From Oscillospiraceae bacterium (lineage in GTDB: Bacteria > Bacillota > Clostridia > Oscillospirales > Ruminococcaceae): a stretch of 64,000 nt of DNA. The stretch spans positions 24,516 to 88,515 of the forward strand of contig JAFZPL010000128.1 in the NCBI GenBank assembly GCA_017550355.1, in the 5' to 3' direction. The notes under the pieces were generated by a model. The model made no database searches and had not been told where the DNA came from. It worked only from the letters and a program-made list of their open reading frames with translations. The translations under genes and the position numbers were made by a program. This document shows, in pieces, positions 43,128 through 51,655 of the stretch. How positions within the stretch are numbered: position 1 is the stretch's first letter; each line of letters opens with the position of its first letter.

Positions 43128-44384
43128 TTAATATAGTTTTCCGTCAAAATACTGCAAAAGCAGCAGCACCACGCCGCTGTAGGTATTCTCCTGCAAAATT
43201 TCGCCCTGCACCGTCCAGCCGGTTTCCGCAGTCTCCTCGATGACCTCCTGTACTGCCGGCATATCGTCGATCGGGTGTTCGTCCGCTTCATAGATTACCT
43301 TCCGGATGCCCGCAGCAGCACTCCAGATATCATACACACGCTGGCTCAGCTCCGGAATTTCGGTGCCGCAAATTTGTTGTGCCATTTCCGATAATACTTT
43401 GAACACCTCTGCAACCTGTTGCTCATATTCTGCTTCGGTCATATTTGAATTCGGATCCGGCATTTGGGGGAGCGTGAACGCGCCGCTTTGAACGGCTTCA
43501 TCTATTGCGCTTCCAACGGCTTCATCCCACTCGTCCTGAATCCAGCTGAACATTCTGTCATAGCCTGAAAAACGCAGAAACGGATCAGCGTCCTTGGTGA
43601 GCGCAAGCTGAGAAAGAAGTTCTGCTTCATTTTCCTTGTAATATCCCTTGTGATGCGAAAGCTCGTGTGCATCCAGATTCAGCGTGTAGATCGGAGACAT
43701 ATATTTATTATGTGTCGGCTCCATCGTGAACGGGTAATTGTAGCCGCCGATGCCCATGCGCTCCAGAATATCCGAGCAAAGCGCCGTTTTAACCGGCGGA
43801 TAATAGCCCGCAAGCCGCGGAAATTCGTCCGCAAGATTCTGCATGGCGGTGTTGACCTTTTGCATCCCCTCATCCACTGTATAGAAATTGACCGTGCCGT
43901 CCTCCGCGATTTCGATTTCCTCCGCCGCCTGGTTCATTCCGTTGACCGCATAGGCATAGAGCGCGGAGATTTCCTGCAAGGTAAAATCCGTGCGCTGATC
44001 GTTCTCTCCTTTTCCGAGCAGTGTGCCGCAGAACGGCACCAGCCAGCACGGCATATACAGAAAAATCACGCAGACGCCCATCATGAGAAAGGTCTTGAAA
44101 TATCCCGCGCAGAATTTCTTGTATCCGGTCTTTTTGCGCAGAAAAATCAGCAGAATGAGGATCGGAATGCTGAGCAGCAAAAGCAGGATTCCGAGATACA
44201 TCATGATCTCGCCGAGTGCGAACGGCAGCAGACCGGTCACATGGCTGATGCCATCGCAGAGAAAACCGTAAATATGGTCGGTGTACCAGTCACAGGCGGC
44301 GGGGAAAAAGCAGAGAATCCCCATCAGCACGGTACAAATCAATAATATGATGATAACGCGCCAGTATTTTGATTTCCGTTTCAT
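43128..44384 (-). CDS. DUF3810-like membrane protein with HExxH motif (paralog A)
   Basis: N-terminal FFPAACDWYTDHIYGF, 3-4 TMs, HELSHHKGY. 418 aa. Collinear with the two upstream paralogs. Confidence 0.8.
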   Translation of the reverse strand: MKRKSKYWRVIIILLICTVLMGILCFFPAACDWYTDHIYGFLCDGISHVTGLLPFALGEIMMYLGILLLLLSIPILILLIFLRKKTGYKKFCAGYFKTFLMMGVCVIFLYMPCWLVPFCGTLLGKGENDQRTDFTLQEISALYAYAVNGMNQAAEEIEIAEDGTVNFYTVDEGMQKVNTAMQNLADEFPRLAGYYPPVKTALCSDILERMGIGGYNYPFTMEPTHNKYMSPIYTLNLDAHELSHHKGYYKENEAELLSQLALTKDADPFLRFSGYDRMFSWIQDEWDEAVGSAIDEAVQSGAFTLPQMPDPNSNMTEAEYEQQVAEVFKVLSEMAQQICGTEIPELSQRVYDIWSAAAGIRKVIYEADEHPIDDMPAVQEVIEETAETGWTVQGEILQENTYSGVVLLLLQYFDGKLY

Positions 44385-44413
44385 TCCTCTTTCCTCATTT
44401 CGAGTTTCTCATT

Positions 44414-45664
44414 TCAATAGAGTTTTCCGTCATAATATTGCAGGAGCAAAAGCACGACACCGTCGTAGGAGTTTTCCTGCATATATTCCGCATAGATTTC
44501 CCAGTGTGTTTCCCTTGCGCTCTCAATCGCTTCCTGTACAGCGGGCATTTCGTCAATCGGGTGGGAATCCTCCTGATAGGTCTGCTCGCGTATGTCTTGT
44601 GCAGTATTGTAAATCTGCCCGGCGCGTTCGCAGATCTGCGGAATATCCGCGAATACCTGATTGAAAACGCGGCCGTATTCCTGCAAAGCAGCTTTCATTT
44701 GCTGCTTTTCTTCCTGTGTCATGCCGGAATGCAGTTCCGGAACGACCGGCAGCGTGATTTCTCCGCGTGCAGCCAGTTCATGCAGATACTGATCGGCGGC
44801 AGTCTCCCATTTTTCATAGAGATACCGGAGGATATCATCATAGGCGGAAAACCGCAGAAACGCATTTTCACTTTGAGACAGCGCAAACATTGCAATGAAA
44901 TTCGCTTCATTCTCCTTGCCGAATCCCTTGACATGGCAAAGCTCATGCGCATTGAGTACCGGAATGTAATACGGCGGCTGATATTTGTTTCTGGTTGCTT
45001 CGGAAAGCAAGGAATAGGTCATGCCGCCGATGCCCATGCGCTCATAGATATCCGATGTGAATGCAATTTTCACAGGCGGATAATATCCCGAAAGACGCGG
45101 GTATTCATCCGAAAGACTGCGCAGTGCTTCCGTAATCAGCGGCTGAAGTTCCTCATCCGTCGGGAAATTGACAGAGCCGTCCTCCGCAATGGGGATGTCC
45201 TCTGCCGCCTGGTTCAGCCCTTCCACCATATGCACATACAGTGCGGTCAGCTCTTTGAAATCATAGTCCGTGCGTTTCCCGGTATTGTCCTTGCCGAGCA
45301 CATTGCCGCAGACCGGTATCAGCCAGCACGGAACTGCCAGAAACAGCGCAATGACACCCGCCATCAGAAGCGTCTTGAACCATCCCGCGCAGAACCGTTT
45401 GTAGCCGTTCTTTTTGCGCAGGAAAATCAGCAGGATCAGAAACGGGATGCTGAGCACACCCGCCAGAATGGCAAGGAGAGTCAGGATTTCTCCGACGGAT
45501 ACCGGAATCAGTCCGCAGAACCGTGAAAATAAACCGGTGAAATACCCATAAAGATGATCTGTGTACCAGTCACAGGCGGACGGGAAAAAGCAGGTGACGC
45601 CGGAAAGCAAAGTGAGGATCAGCAGGATCAGGATGATGCGCCGGTATTTCGACTTCTTTTTCAT
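44414..45664 (-). CDS. DUF3810-like membrane protein with HExxH motif (paralog B)
   Basis: FFPSACDWYTDHLYGY, HELCHVKGF. 416 aa. The C-terminus ENSYDGVVLLLLQYYDGKLY is nearly identical to that of paralog A. Confidence 0.8.
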   Translation of the reverse strand: MKKKSKYRRIILILLILTLLSGVTCFFPSACDWYTDHLYGYFTGLFSRFCGLIPVSVGEILTLLAILAGVLSIPFLILLIFLRKKNGYKRFCAGWFKTLLMAGVIALFLAVPCWLIPVCGNVLGKDNTGKRTDYDFKELTALYVHMVEGLNQAAEDIPIAEDGSVNFPTDEELQPLITEALRSLSDEYPRLSGYYPPVKIAFTSDIYERMGIGGMTYSLLSEATRNKYQPPYYIPVLNAHELCHVKGFGKENEANFIAMFALSQSENAFLRFSAYDDILRYLYEKWETAADQYLHELAARGEITLPVVPELHSGMTQEEKQQMKAALQEYGRVFNQVFADIPQICERAGQIYNTAQDIREQTYQEDSHPIDEMPAVQEAIESARETHWEIYAEYMQENSYDGVVLLLLQYYDGKLY

Positions 45665-46944
45665 GAATATCCTCCGGATGATGTTTCGTTGTAATATTGC
45701 AGCAGTAAAAGCACAACGCCGTCATAATAATGATCTTCGCGTGTTTTTTTGTATTCTGTCCAGAATGCTTCTCTTTCTTTGACGGCTTCTTCCATCAGTT
45801 CCGGATCATTCATAATGCGCTCTGTTTCCGGATGCGGCTCGGAAAAATAATTATTCGTTGCGATGCCCTGTGCTGCATCCTGAATGATCTGAACCCGTTC
45901 CGAAAGTTCCGGCTCTTCCGTGAGATACTTATCCAGAATTTTGCTGTTCGCGCTTGCGATTGCGAGGATTTGTTTTTCTGCTTCTGATGTCCGGTTTTCG
46001 CTGAGCGGCGGCATAGGCTGAAGTACGCCGCTTGCAGTCAGTTCGTCCGTAAACGACCAGTATTCCTCCATGTATTCCGGTTCAACGTAGTAAAGAATTG
46101 CCTGATATGCTGCAAACCGCAGATACGGATTTTCGCTTCTGGAAAGTGCAAGCTCAGCAATGAAATTCGCGGCATCCTCCTCGTGGAATCCTTTGAGATG
46201 AGCAAATTCATGTGCCGCGGTTTTGGGGAAGGATGTCGGGTACAGGTATTTGTTCAGGGCGATTTCCTGTGTCATTAAATAGGTGACGCCGCCGATACCG
46301 GTCCGTTCCATTTTGTCCGGATCAAGCGGCGTTTTGGAGGGCGGATAATAGCCGGCAAGCCGCGGATATTCGTCTGACAGTGCCTTGACGGCATCAATGA
46401 TCTGCGGATACAGCTCTTCATTGTCCGGAAACTGCACGCTGCCGTCTTCCGCGATCTCGATTTCTTCCGCCGCCTGGTTCAGTCCGCGGACAGTATCGCA
46501 GTACAGTGCCTGTATTTCCGTGATATTAAATGCTGCGCGCTTGTCTGCCTGTTCCTTTCCGAGCACATTGCCGCTGCTCGGGATCGTATCCAGCAGCAGC
46601 CACGATAACTGCCAGCAGAGCACAAACACAGCAGCCGACCGGAACCAGATTTTGCAGAAAGCTCTGTATTTCGGCTTCTTGCGCAGAAAGATCAGCGCGA
46701 GCAGAATCACACCGCAAAGGATATATACCGGATATTCCAGTATCTCCGCCGCTTCACAAACCGGAATCGGAATCAGCCCGAACACCCATGCAACCGCACA
46801 GCTCAGATATTTGTATATATGGTCGGTGTACCAGTCACAGGCGGACGGGAAAAAGCAGATGACTGCAATCAGCACGCAACAGATGCCGATCATCAGGATA
46901 ACGCGCCAGAATTTTGGTATCTTTATTTTTTTGATTTTTTTCAT
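45661..46944 (-). CDS. DUF3810-like membrane protein with HExxH motif (paralog C)
   Basis: FFPSACDWYTDHIYKY, HEFAHLKGF. 427 aa. The stop overlaps the paralog B start (ATGA). Confidence 0.8.
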   Translation of the reverse strand: MKKIKKIKIPKFWRVILMIGICCVLIAVICFFPSACDWYTDHIYKYLSCAVAWVFGLIPIPVCEAAEILEYPVYILCGVILLALIFLRKKPKYRAFCKIWFRSAAVFVLCWQLSWLLLDTIPSSGNVLGKEQADKRAAFNITEIQALYCDTVRGLNQAAEEIEIAEDGSVQFPDNEELYPQIIDAVKALSDEYPRLAGYYPPSKTPLDPDKMERTGIGGVTYLMTQEIALNKYLYPTSFPKTAAHEFAHLKGFHEEDAANFIAELALSRSENPYLRFAAYQAILYYVEPEYMEEYWSFTDELTASGVLQPMPPLSENRTSEAEKQILAIASANSKILDKYLTEEPELSERVQIIQDAAQGIATNNYFSEPHPETERIMNDPELMEEAVKEREAFWTEYKKTREDHYYDGVVLLLLQYYNETSSGGYS

Positions 46945-46946
46945 GT

Positions 46947-48035
46947 TCAGGACTCCGCATGCAGTGCGCAGAGCCGGTCTGCAAATTCGGTGATATCCGG
47001 AACGCCTTCCAGTGCGTCGGTGAATTTTGACGGTATTGCGGAAGCCCCGAGCCGTGCGCCGAGCAGATTGCCTGCAATGGCGCCGGTGGAATCACTGTCG
47101 CCGTCGTGATTGACCGCCGCGATCAGGCACTTTCCGAGATCGTGCGGATAGCGCAGCGCACAGTAGAGCGCGATTGCATAGGCTTCCTCGCCCACCCAGC
47201 CTTCGCCGAGCTCCGCAATTGCCTCTGTGTCGGTATCATAGGGCTTTTTTGCGAGCAGGAGCGCGTGCCCAGTCAGGTCGTCCATGGTCTTGATGTATTT
47301 ATCGGCAAGGCGGTACTGATCCGCGAATTTCCGCGCCGCCTCCATTGCTTCATGTGCGATATCCGTGAACGGCAGATCGGTGAACGCCGCCTTGCAGACC
47401 GCAAACGAGAACATGCCCGCGGAGAGATAGCCGAGCGGATGACCGTGTGTGATCGCTGCCGCTTCCGCACCGATGCGGAACGCTTCCTCCGCCGAATCGG
47501 TATAGAGACCGGCGGGCGCAGTCCGCATGATGCCGCCGCAGCCCTTGCTGTCGTTCGCAGGTGTGAAGAATGTGCCGGATCCGCCCTCCTTCAGCGCCGA
47601 AAGACAGGTGTTGCCGGGCGCACGGCGTGCAAAGAGCCAGCGGATCTGCATCAGCGGCTCGTTCGCAAATTCTTCAGGGAGCTCCGGCATATCCGAATCG
47701 CGTGCTCCGGTGAACGGATGCGGCTGGCAGGTATGCTCCTGTGTGAAGAGCCACGCGAGATAGGAATGGCGGATATATGCCGCTTCACTGCCGGGCTTGC
47801 CGTTCTCCGCGCATGCGAGCAGACCGGCCGCCGTGAAGAGCGTCATCTGCGTATCGTCCGTGACGATCGCTTTTTCAAATCCGGGGAACAGGCTAAACGC
47901 CGTGATGCCTGCTTCACCGTATTTTTGCCTGATATCGCGCAGACGCTTGAATTCGACGGGATAGCCGAGGGCGTCTCCGGCGGCACCGGCAATCAGACAG
48001 CCGCGGAAACGATCCTGCAATTTTGTGCTTTTCAT
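46947..48035 (-). CDS. ADP-ribosylglycohydrolase family protein (DraG/ARH-like)
   Basis: The start is taken at MKSTKLQDRFRGCLIAGAAGDALGYPVEF (ATG 48035, after AAGGAGG). Also TDDTQMT and C-terminal DGDSDSTGAIAGNLLGA. The stop is 2 nt before the paralog C start. Confidence 0.85.
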   Translation of the reverse strand: MKSTKLQDRFRGCLIAGAAGDALGYPVEFKRLRDIRQKYGEAGITAFSLFPGFEKAIVTDDTQMTLFTAAGLLACAENGKPGSEAAYIRHSYLAWLFTQEHTCQPHPFTGARDSDMPELPEEFANEPLMQIRWLFARRAPGNTCLSALKEGGSGTFFTPANDSKGCGGIMRTAPAGLYTDSAEEAFRIGAEAAAITHGHPLGYLSAGMFSFAVCKAAFTDLPFTDIAHEAMEAARKFADQYRLADKYIKTMDDLTGHALLLAKKPYDTDTEAIAELGEGWVGEEAYAIALYCALRYPHDLGKCLIAAVNHDGDSDSTGAIAGNLLGARLGASAIPSKFTDALEGVPDITEFADRLCALHAES

Positions 48036-48107
48036 GGGAAAACCTCCTTGGTATTGTGTCAATTCTGACGCTGCTGCATATGCTGGTATCAGAAGGAGAT
48101 GAGCAAT

Positions 48108-49157
48108 ATGCAGCATGAATATTTTCTTGGCGGTGCATCCCAGAACGGCTTTGAAACGGCGTTCTGGGATGAACAGAAGCATCACTACGGATTTCTGCTG
48201 AAGGGCGGCCCCGGAACGGGCAAATCAACCTTGATGAAAACGGTCGCCGCGGCATTTGCGGAGGAGCCCGTTTCGGTCTATCACTGCGCATCCGATCCCC
48301 GCTCGCTGGATGCAGTGGTGCTGGAGCAGCGCGGGGTTTACATCGCGGATGCTACCGCCCCGCATACAGCCGATACGCCCCTGCCCTTCGTGACCGGTGA
48401 AACGGTCGATCTTGCGGCGGGACTGGATAGGGATGCGGTGCGGGAAAGCGGCGAACAGGCGCGGGTGCTCTATGCGGAAAATCAGGCGATGCATATGCAG
48501 GTGCGGCAGAGTCTGCGCGGGCTTGCCTCCATGCAGACGATGTACACGGATATCACCGCGGGCGCACTGCTCCGCGAAAAGCTCGCCGCCTATGCGGAAC
48601 GCTTCTGCAAGCGTCTTCTCCCGCGCAGTGCATCCGGGCAGGGCGTTCTGCTGCACCGTCAGTGCAGTGCGCTGACGCCGGACGGCCGCGTGTGCTTTCA
48701 GCCGGCGAATGCAGCGGTGCTGTATCTGCGGGACAACTGTATGATTGCTGCACAGGAACTGCTTGCCGTGTTTGCGGAACGTGCTGTTTCTGCGGGGAAA
48801 TGTGTCGAGGTGACCGCCGATCTCACGCAGAACGGGAAACCGCTTTCGCATGTGTTCCTGCCGGAGACAGGGCTCACCGTGTCTGCTGTGCGGGAACTGC
48901 CTGACGGGGTGCGCGAGGATGCAACGGTCATTGATCTGCGGCGGTTTTATGACAGCGCAGCACTCCGGAAACAGCGCACGCTTCTGCGGTTCTGCCGGGA
49001 GACTGCGGATGCAATCGAAGCGGAGACTGTCGCGATTCTGCGGGAGGCGCTCGCCTGCCATGATGTGCTGGAGCAGACCTATATCGGCGCACTGGACACG
49101 GCATATCTGGATGCCATTGCCAAGCGCCTGACAGAGCGGATCCGCACAGAGTTTTAA
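48108..49157 (+). CDS. PRK06851-like P-loop NTPase of unknown function
   Basis: YFLGGASQNGF...LLKGGPGTGKSTLMK (Walker A). ATG 48108 is 9 nt after GAAGGAG; ATG 48099 abuts the SD. Confidence 0.75.
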   Translation: MQHEYFLGGASQNGFETAFWDEQKHHYGFLLKGGPGTGKSTLMKTVAAAFAEEPVSVYHCASDPRSLDAVVLEQRGVYIADATAPHTADTPLPFVTGETVDLAAGLDRDAVRESGEQARVLYAENQAMHMQVRQSLRGLASMQTMYTDITAGALLREKLAAYAERFCKRLLPRSASGQGVLLHRQCSALTPDGRVCFQPANAAVLYLRDNCMIAAQELLAVFAERAVSAGKCVEVTADLTQNGKPLSHVFLPETGLTVSAVRELPDGVREDATVIDLRRFYDSAALRKQRTLLRFCRETADAIEAETVAILREALACHDVLEQTYIGALDTAYLDAIAKRLTERIRTEF

Positions 49158-49288
49158 TATTGATAACCCAACGAACTCTTGAATTTGCTGCTTGTCTTTT
49201 TGCCGTGATGCTGCGTTAGAAAACCTTGCCTCACATCAAAAATCCTGCGCATCATTCTTCAAGCGTTCATTGGAACATCAATATGTTT

Positions 49289-49317
49289 ATTATATCATAT
49301 TTTTTTGCACAATGCAA
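49289..49317 (-). promoter_or_regulatory. Orphan strong promoter-like site on minus strand
   Basis: Minus strand reads TTGCAT (49317-49312), 17 nt, TATAAT (49294-49289), with TGA as an extended -10. No convincing CDS lies downstream, and it points into the 3' end of the P-loop gene. Confidence 0.5.
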
Positions 49318-49372
49318 GGGGAAAAGCAGGAAGAGGACAAGGAGAAAGTAGGAAACAGAAAGGAGAAAGTAC
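49318..49372 (+). repeat. GA-rich tract with multiple GGA motifs, copy 1
   Basis: ggggaaaagcaggaagaggacaaggagaaagtaggaaacagaaaggagaaagtacg. About 78 percent identical over ~27 nt to 53490-53520. Confidence 0.6.
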
Positions 49373-49397
49373 GGGCGGCGGATGCGATAAACGGCAA

Positions 49398-49433
49398 AAG
49401 AGAGAGAGGACACCGCAATTCCTCTCTCCTCTT
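49398..49433. terminator. Strong GA/CT hairpin (terminator-like in both orientations)
   Basis: aagagagagagga pairs with tcctctctcctctt (13 bp, one bulge, 9-nt loop). U-rich sequence follows on both strands. Confidence 0.5.
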
Positions 49434-49453
49434 TTCTCATTCCTCATTTTCTC

Positions 49454-49482
49454 TTGAAATTTCACGCGGACTGTGCTATAAT
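49454..49482 (+). promoter_or_regulatory. Promoter of mutL
   Basis: TTGAAA, 17 nt, TATAAT, with TGC as an extended -10. ATG lies 41 nt downstream. Confidence 0.7.
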
Positions 49483-49522
49483 ATAAAGTTGAGGGACTAT
49501 ACAATTCAGAAAGGGAAACGCT

Positions 49523-51640
49523 ATGCCGGAAATTCATGTACTGCCAAAGGAGATCGCGGAGCTGATCGCTGCGGGCGAGGTCATCGAACGCCCCGCTTCC
49601 GTGCTCAAGGAACTGACCGAAAACGCCATTGATTCTGGCGCAAAGCGCATCACCGCGGAATTAAAGCGCGGCGGCGTGCAGTATCTGCGCGTGACTGACG
49701 ACGGCTGCGGCATCGCACCGGATCAGGTGCGGACGGCGTTTCTGCGTCATGCCACAAGCAAGATTCAGGCGAAAGAGGACCTGGAATCCATCTTCACGCT
49801 CGGATTCCGCGGTGAGGCACTCGCCTCCGTCTGCGCCGTCTCAAAAACCGAACTGCTCACGCGCCAGCCCGATGCGGCATACGGTACGCATTATGTGAAT
49901 GAGGGCGGCGAGGAGACATGCTTTGAGGAATCGGGCTGTCCTGCCGGCACTACGATGATCGTCCGCGACCTGTTTTACAATGTGCCGGTGCGGGCAGGAT
50001 TTCTCAAAAAGGATACTGCGGAGGGCAACGCCGCCGTGAACATCTTCCAGAAGATCGCCCTTTCGCATCCGGAGATCTCCTTCCGGTTTATCCGCGAAAA
50101 CCGCACCGAATTCACCACGCCCGGCGACGGTCAGCTGTATTCCGCCGTCTATGCGATCTTCGGGCGCGATTTTGCCCGCGATCTGCTCACGGTGGACTAT
50201 GCGGAGTCGGCGGAAAACGGCATTTCCGTAAAGGGCTATATCATGAAGCCGCTGTATTCCCGCCCGAACCGCTCACATCAGTTTTTCTTCGTGAACGGGC
50301 GCTCCGTGCGGTCTTTTACGCTGACACAGGCGCTCGAGGATGCATACAAAACGCTCATCATGACCGGAAAATATCCCGCGTGTGTGCTGATGCTGGAGAT
50401 TTCGCCGCGCATCGTGGATGTGAACATGCATCCGACAAAGGCAGAGGTGCGGTTCTCCGATGAAAAGCGCGTCTATGCGGCGGTGTATTTCGCGGTGATG
50501 AGTGCGCTTTCGCAAAATCATCTGGTCTATGAATTTCAGCTGCCGCAGACCGTGCAAATGAATGAGAAATGTGAAAAGAGAAATGAGAAAAGCGGAACAT
50601 CAACGCACATTTTTCAACGCTCAGCTGTAAATATTCCGGATACACAGCCAATTCAGCCGAATGTGCCCGAATCAAAATCAATTCAGCCGGTCGGTCTGCC
50701 GGAGACAAAAACCGTTCAGCCGGTCAATACACAGCGGGATCATTCAACGGAGACAAAATCGGTTCAGCAGAATGTACCCGCGATTACGACGGAAACACTG
50801 ATTCCGCCGAGACCGGCAGCACCGGAGCCCCCGGCAATCACACCCGAAACGCTGATTCCGCCGAAACCGAAGCGCGACTGGTTCGCGCCCGTTGCGGGAA
50901 CGGATGACAACACTCCCGCCCCGCTGATCCCGGCACCGGAAAAGCCCGCGGAGCGCCCGGTACCGCTGCCCGCAGTTTCGGCATTTCCGGAGCTGAACCG
51001 TTCCGCAAAGCCTGCGCCGCTGCCGGAAAAGCCCGCCGAACGGGAAAAGGCGATTTCTGCGATCCAGCGCGAACCGATCACCGTGATCGGAGAACTGTTC
51101 GATAATTATATTCTGGCACAGGCGGGCGAACAGTTTGTAATGATTGACAAGCATGCCGCCCACGAGCGCATTCTGTTTGAGCGGTTCCGGCGGCGCGAAT
51201 GCAAGGACCGGCAGAATCTTTTTCAGCCTGTGCGTGTCCTGCTGACGGAGGATGAGATCACAGCACTGCGGGACAATGCGGAACTGCTGGAAAACTGCGG
51301 CTTCACATTCGATTTTTCCGAGTCGCCCGTGGTGCAGATGCTCGGCATTCCGCTTTCCTGTGAAACGCTCGATCTGGATGAGATCGCGCAGGATCTCGCG
51401 GCAGCCTGCCTGCACAGTGCCGGACAGCCGGACATGCATCTTCTGGACGATATGTTTCACGATCTTGCGTGCAAGGCGGCGATCAAATCCGGCACGCACA
51501 ATACCACAGCAGAACTGCAGTCGCTTGCGGTGCAGGTCTGGGAGGATGAAGCGATCCGCCACTGCCCTCACGGCAGACCGGTCATGTTTTTGCTTTCAAA
51601 ATATCAGATCGAAAAGCAGTTCATGCGGATCCAGCACTGA
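49523..51640 (+). CDS. mutL: DNA mismatch repair protein MutL
   Basis: GHKL ATPase motifs VIERPASVLKELTENAIDSGA, DDGCGI, GFRGEAL. C-terminal endonuclease/dimerisation part with FVMIDKHAAHERILFE and CPHGRP. A long repetitive linker sits between them. Confidence 0.95.
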   Translation: MPEIHVLPKEIAELIAAGEVIERPASVLKELTENAIDSGAKRITAELKRGGVQYLRVTDDGCGIAPDQVRTAFLRHATSKIQAKEDLESIFTLGFRGEALASVCAVSKTELLTRQPDAAYGTHYVNEGGEETCFEESGCPAGTTMIVRDLFYNVPVRAGFLKKDTAEGNAAVNIFQKIALSHPEISFRFIRENRTEFTTPGDGQLYSAVYAIFGRDFARDLLTVDYAESAENGISVKGYIMKPLYSRPNRSHQFFFVNGRSVRSFTLTQALEDAYKTLIMTGKYPACVLMLEISPRIVDVNMHPTKAEVRFSDEKRVYAAVYFAVMSALSQNHLVYEFQLPQTVQMNEKCEKRNEKSGTSTHIFQRSAVNIPDTQPIQPNVPESKSIQPVGLPETKTVQPVNTQRDHSTETKSVQQNVPAITTETLIPPRPAAPEPPAITPETLIPPKPKRDWFAPVAGTDDNTPAPLIPAPEKPAERPVPLPAVSAFPELNRSAKPAPLPEKPAEREKAISAIQREPITVIGELFDNYILAQAGEQFVMIDKHAAHERILFERFRRRECKDRQNLFQPVRVLLTEDEITALRDNAELLENCGFTFDFSESPVVQMLGIPLSCETLDLDEIAQDLAAACLHSAGQPDMHLLDDMFHDLACKAAIKSGTHNTTAELQSLAVQVWEDEAIRHCPHGRPVMFLLSKYQIEKQFMRIQH

Positions 51641-51655
51641 AGGGAGGCGGCGCGT

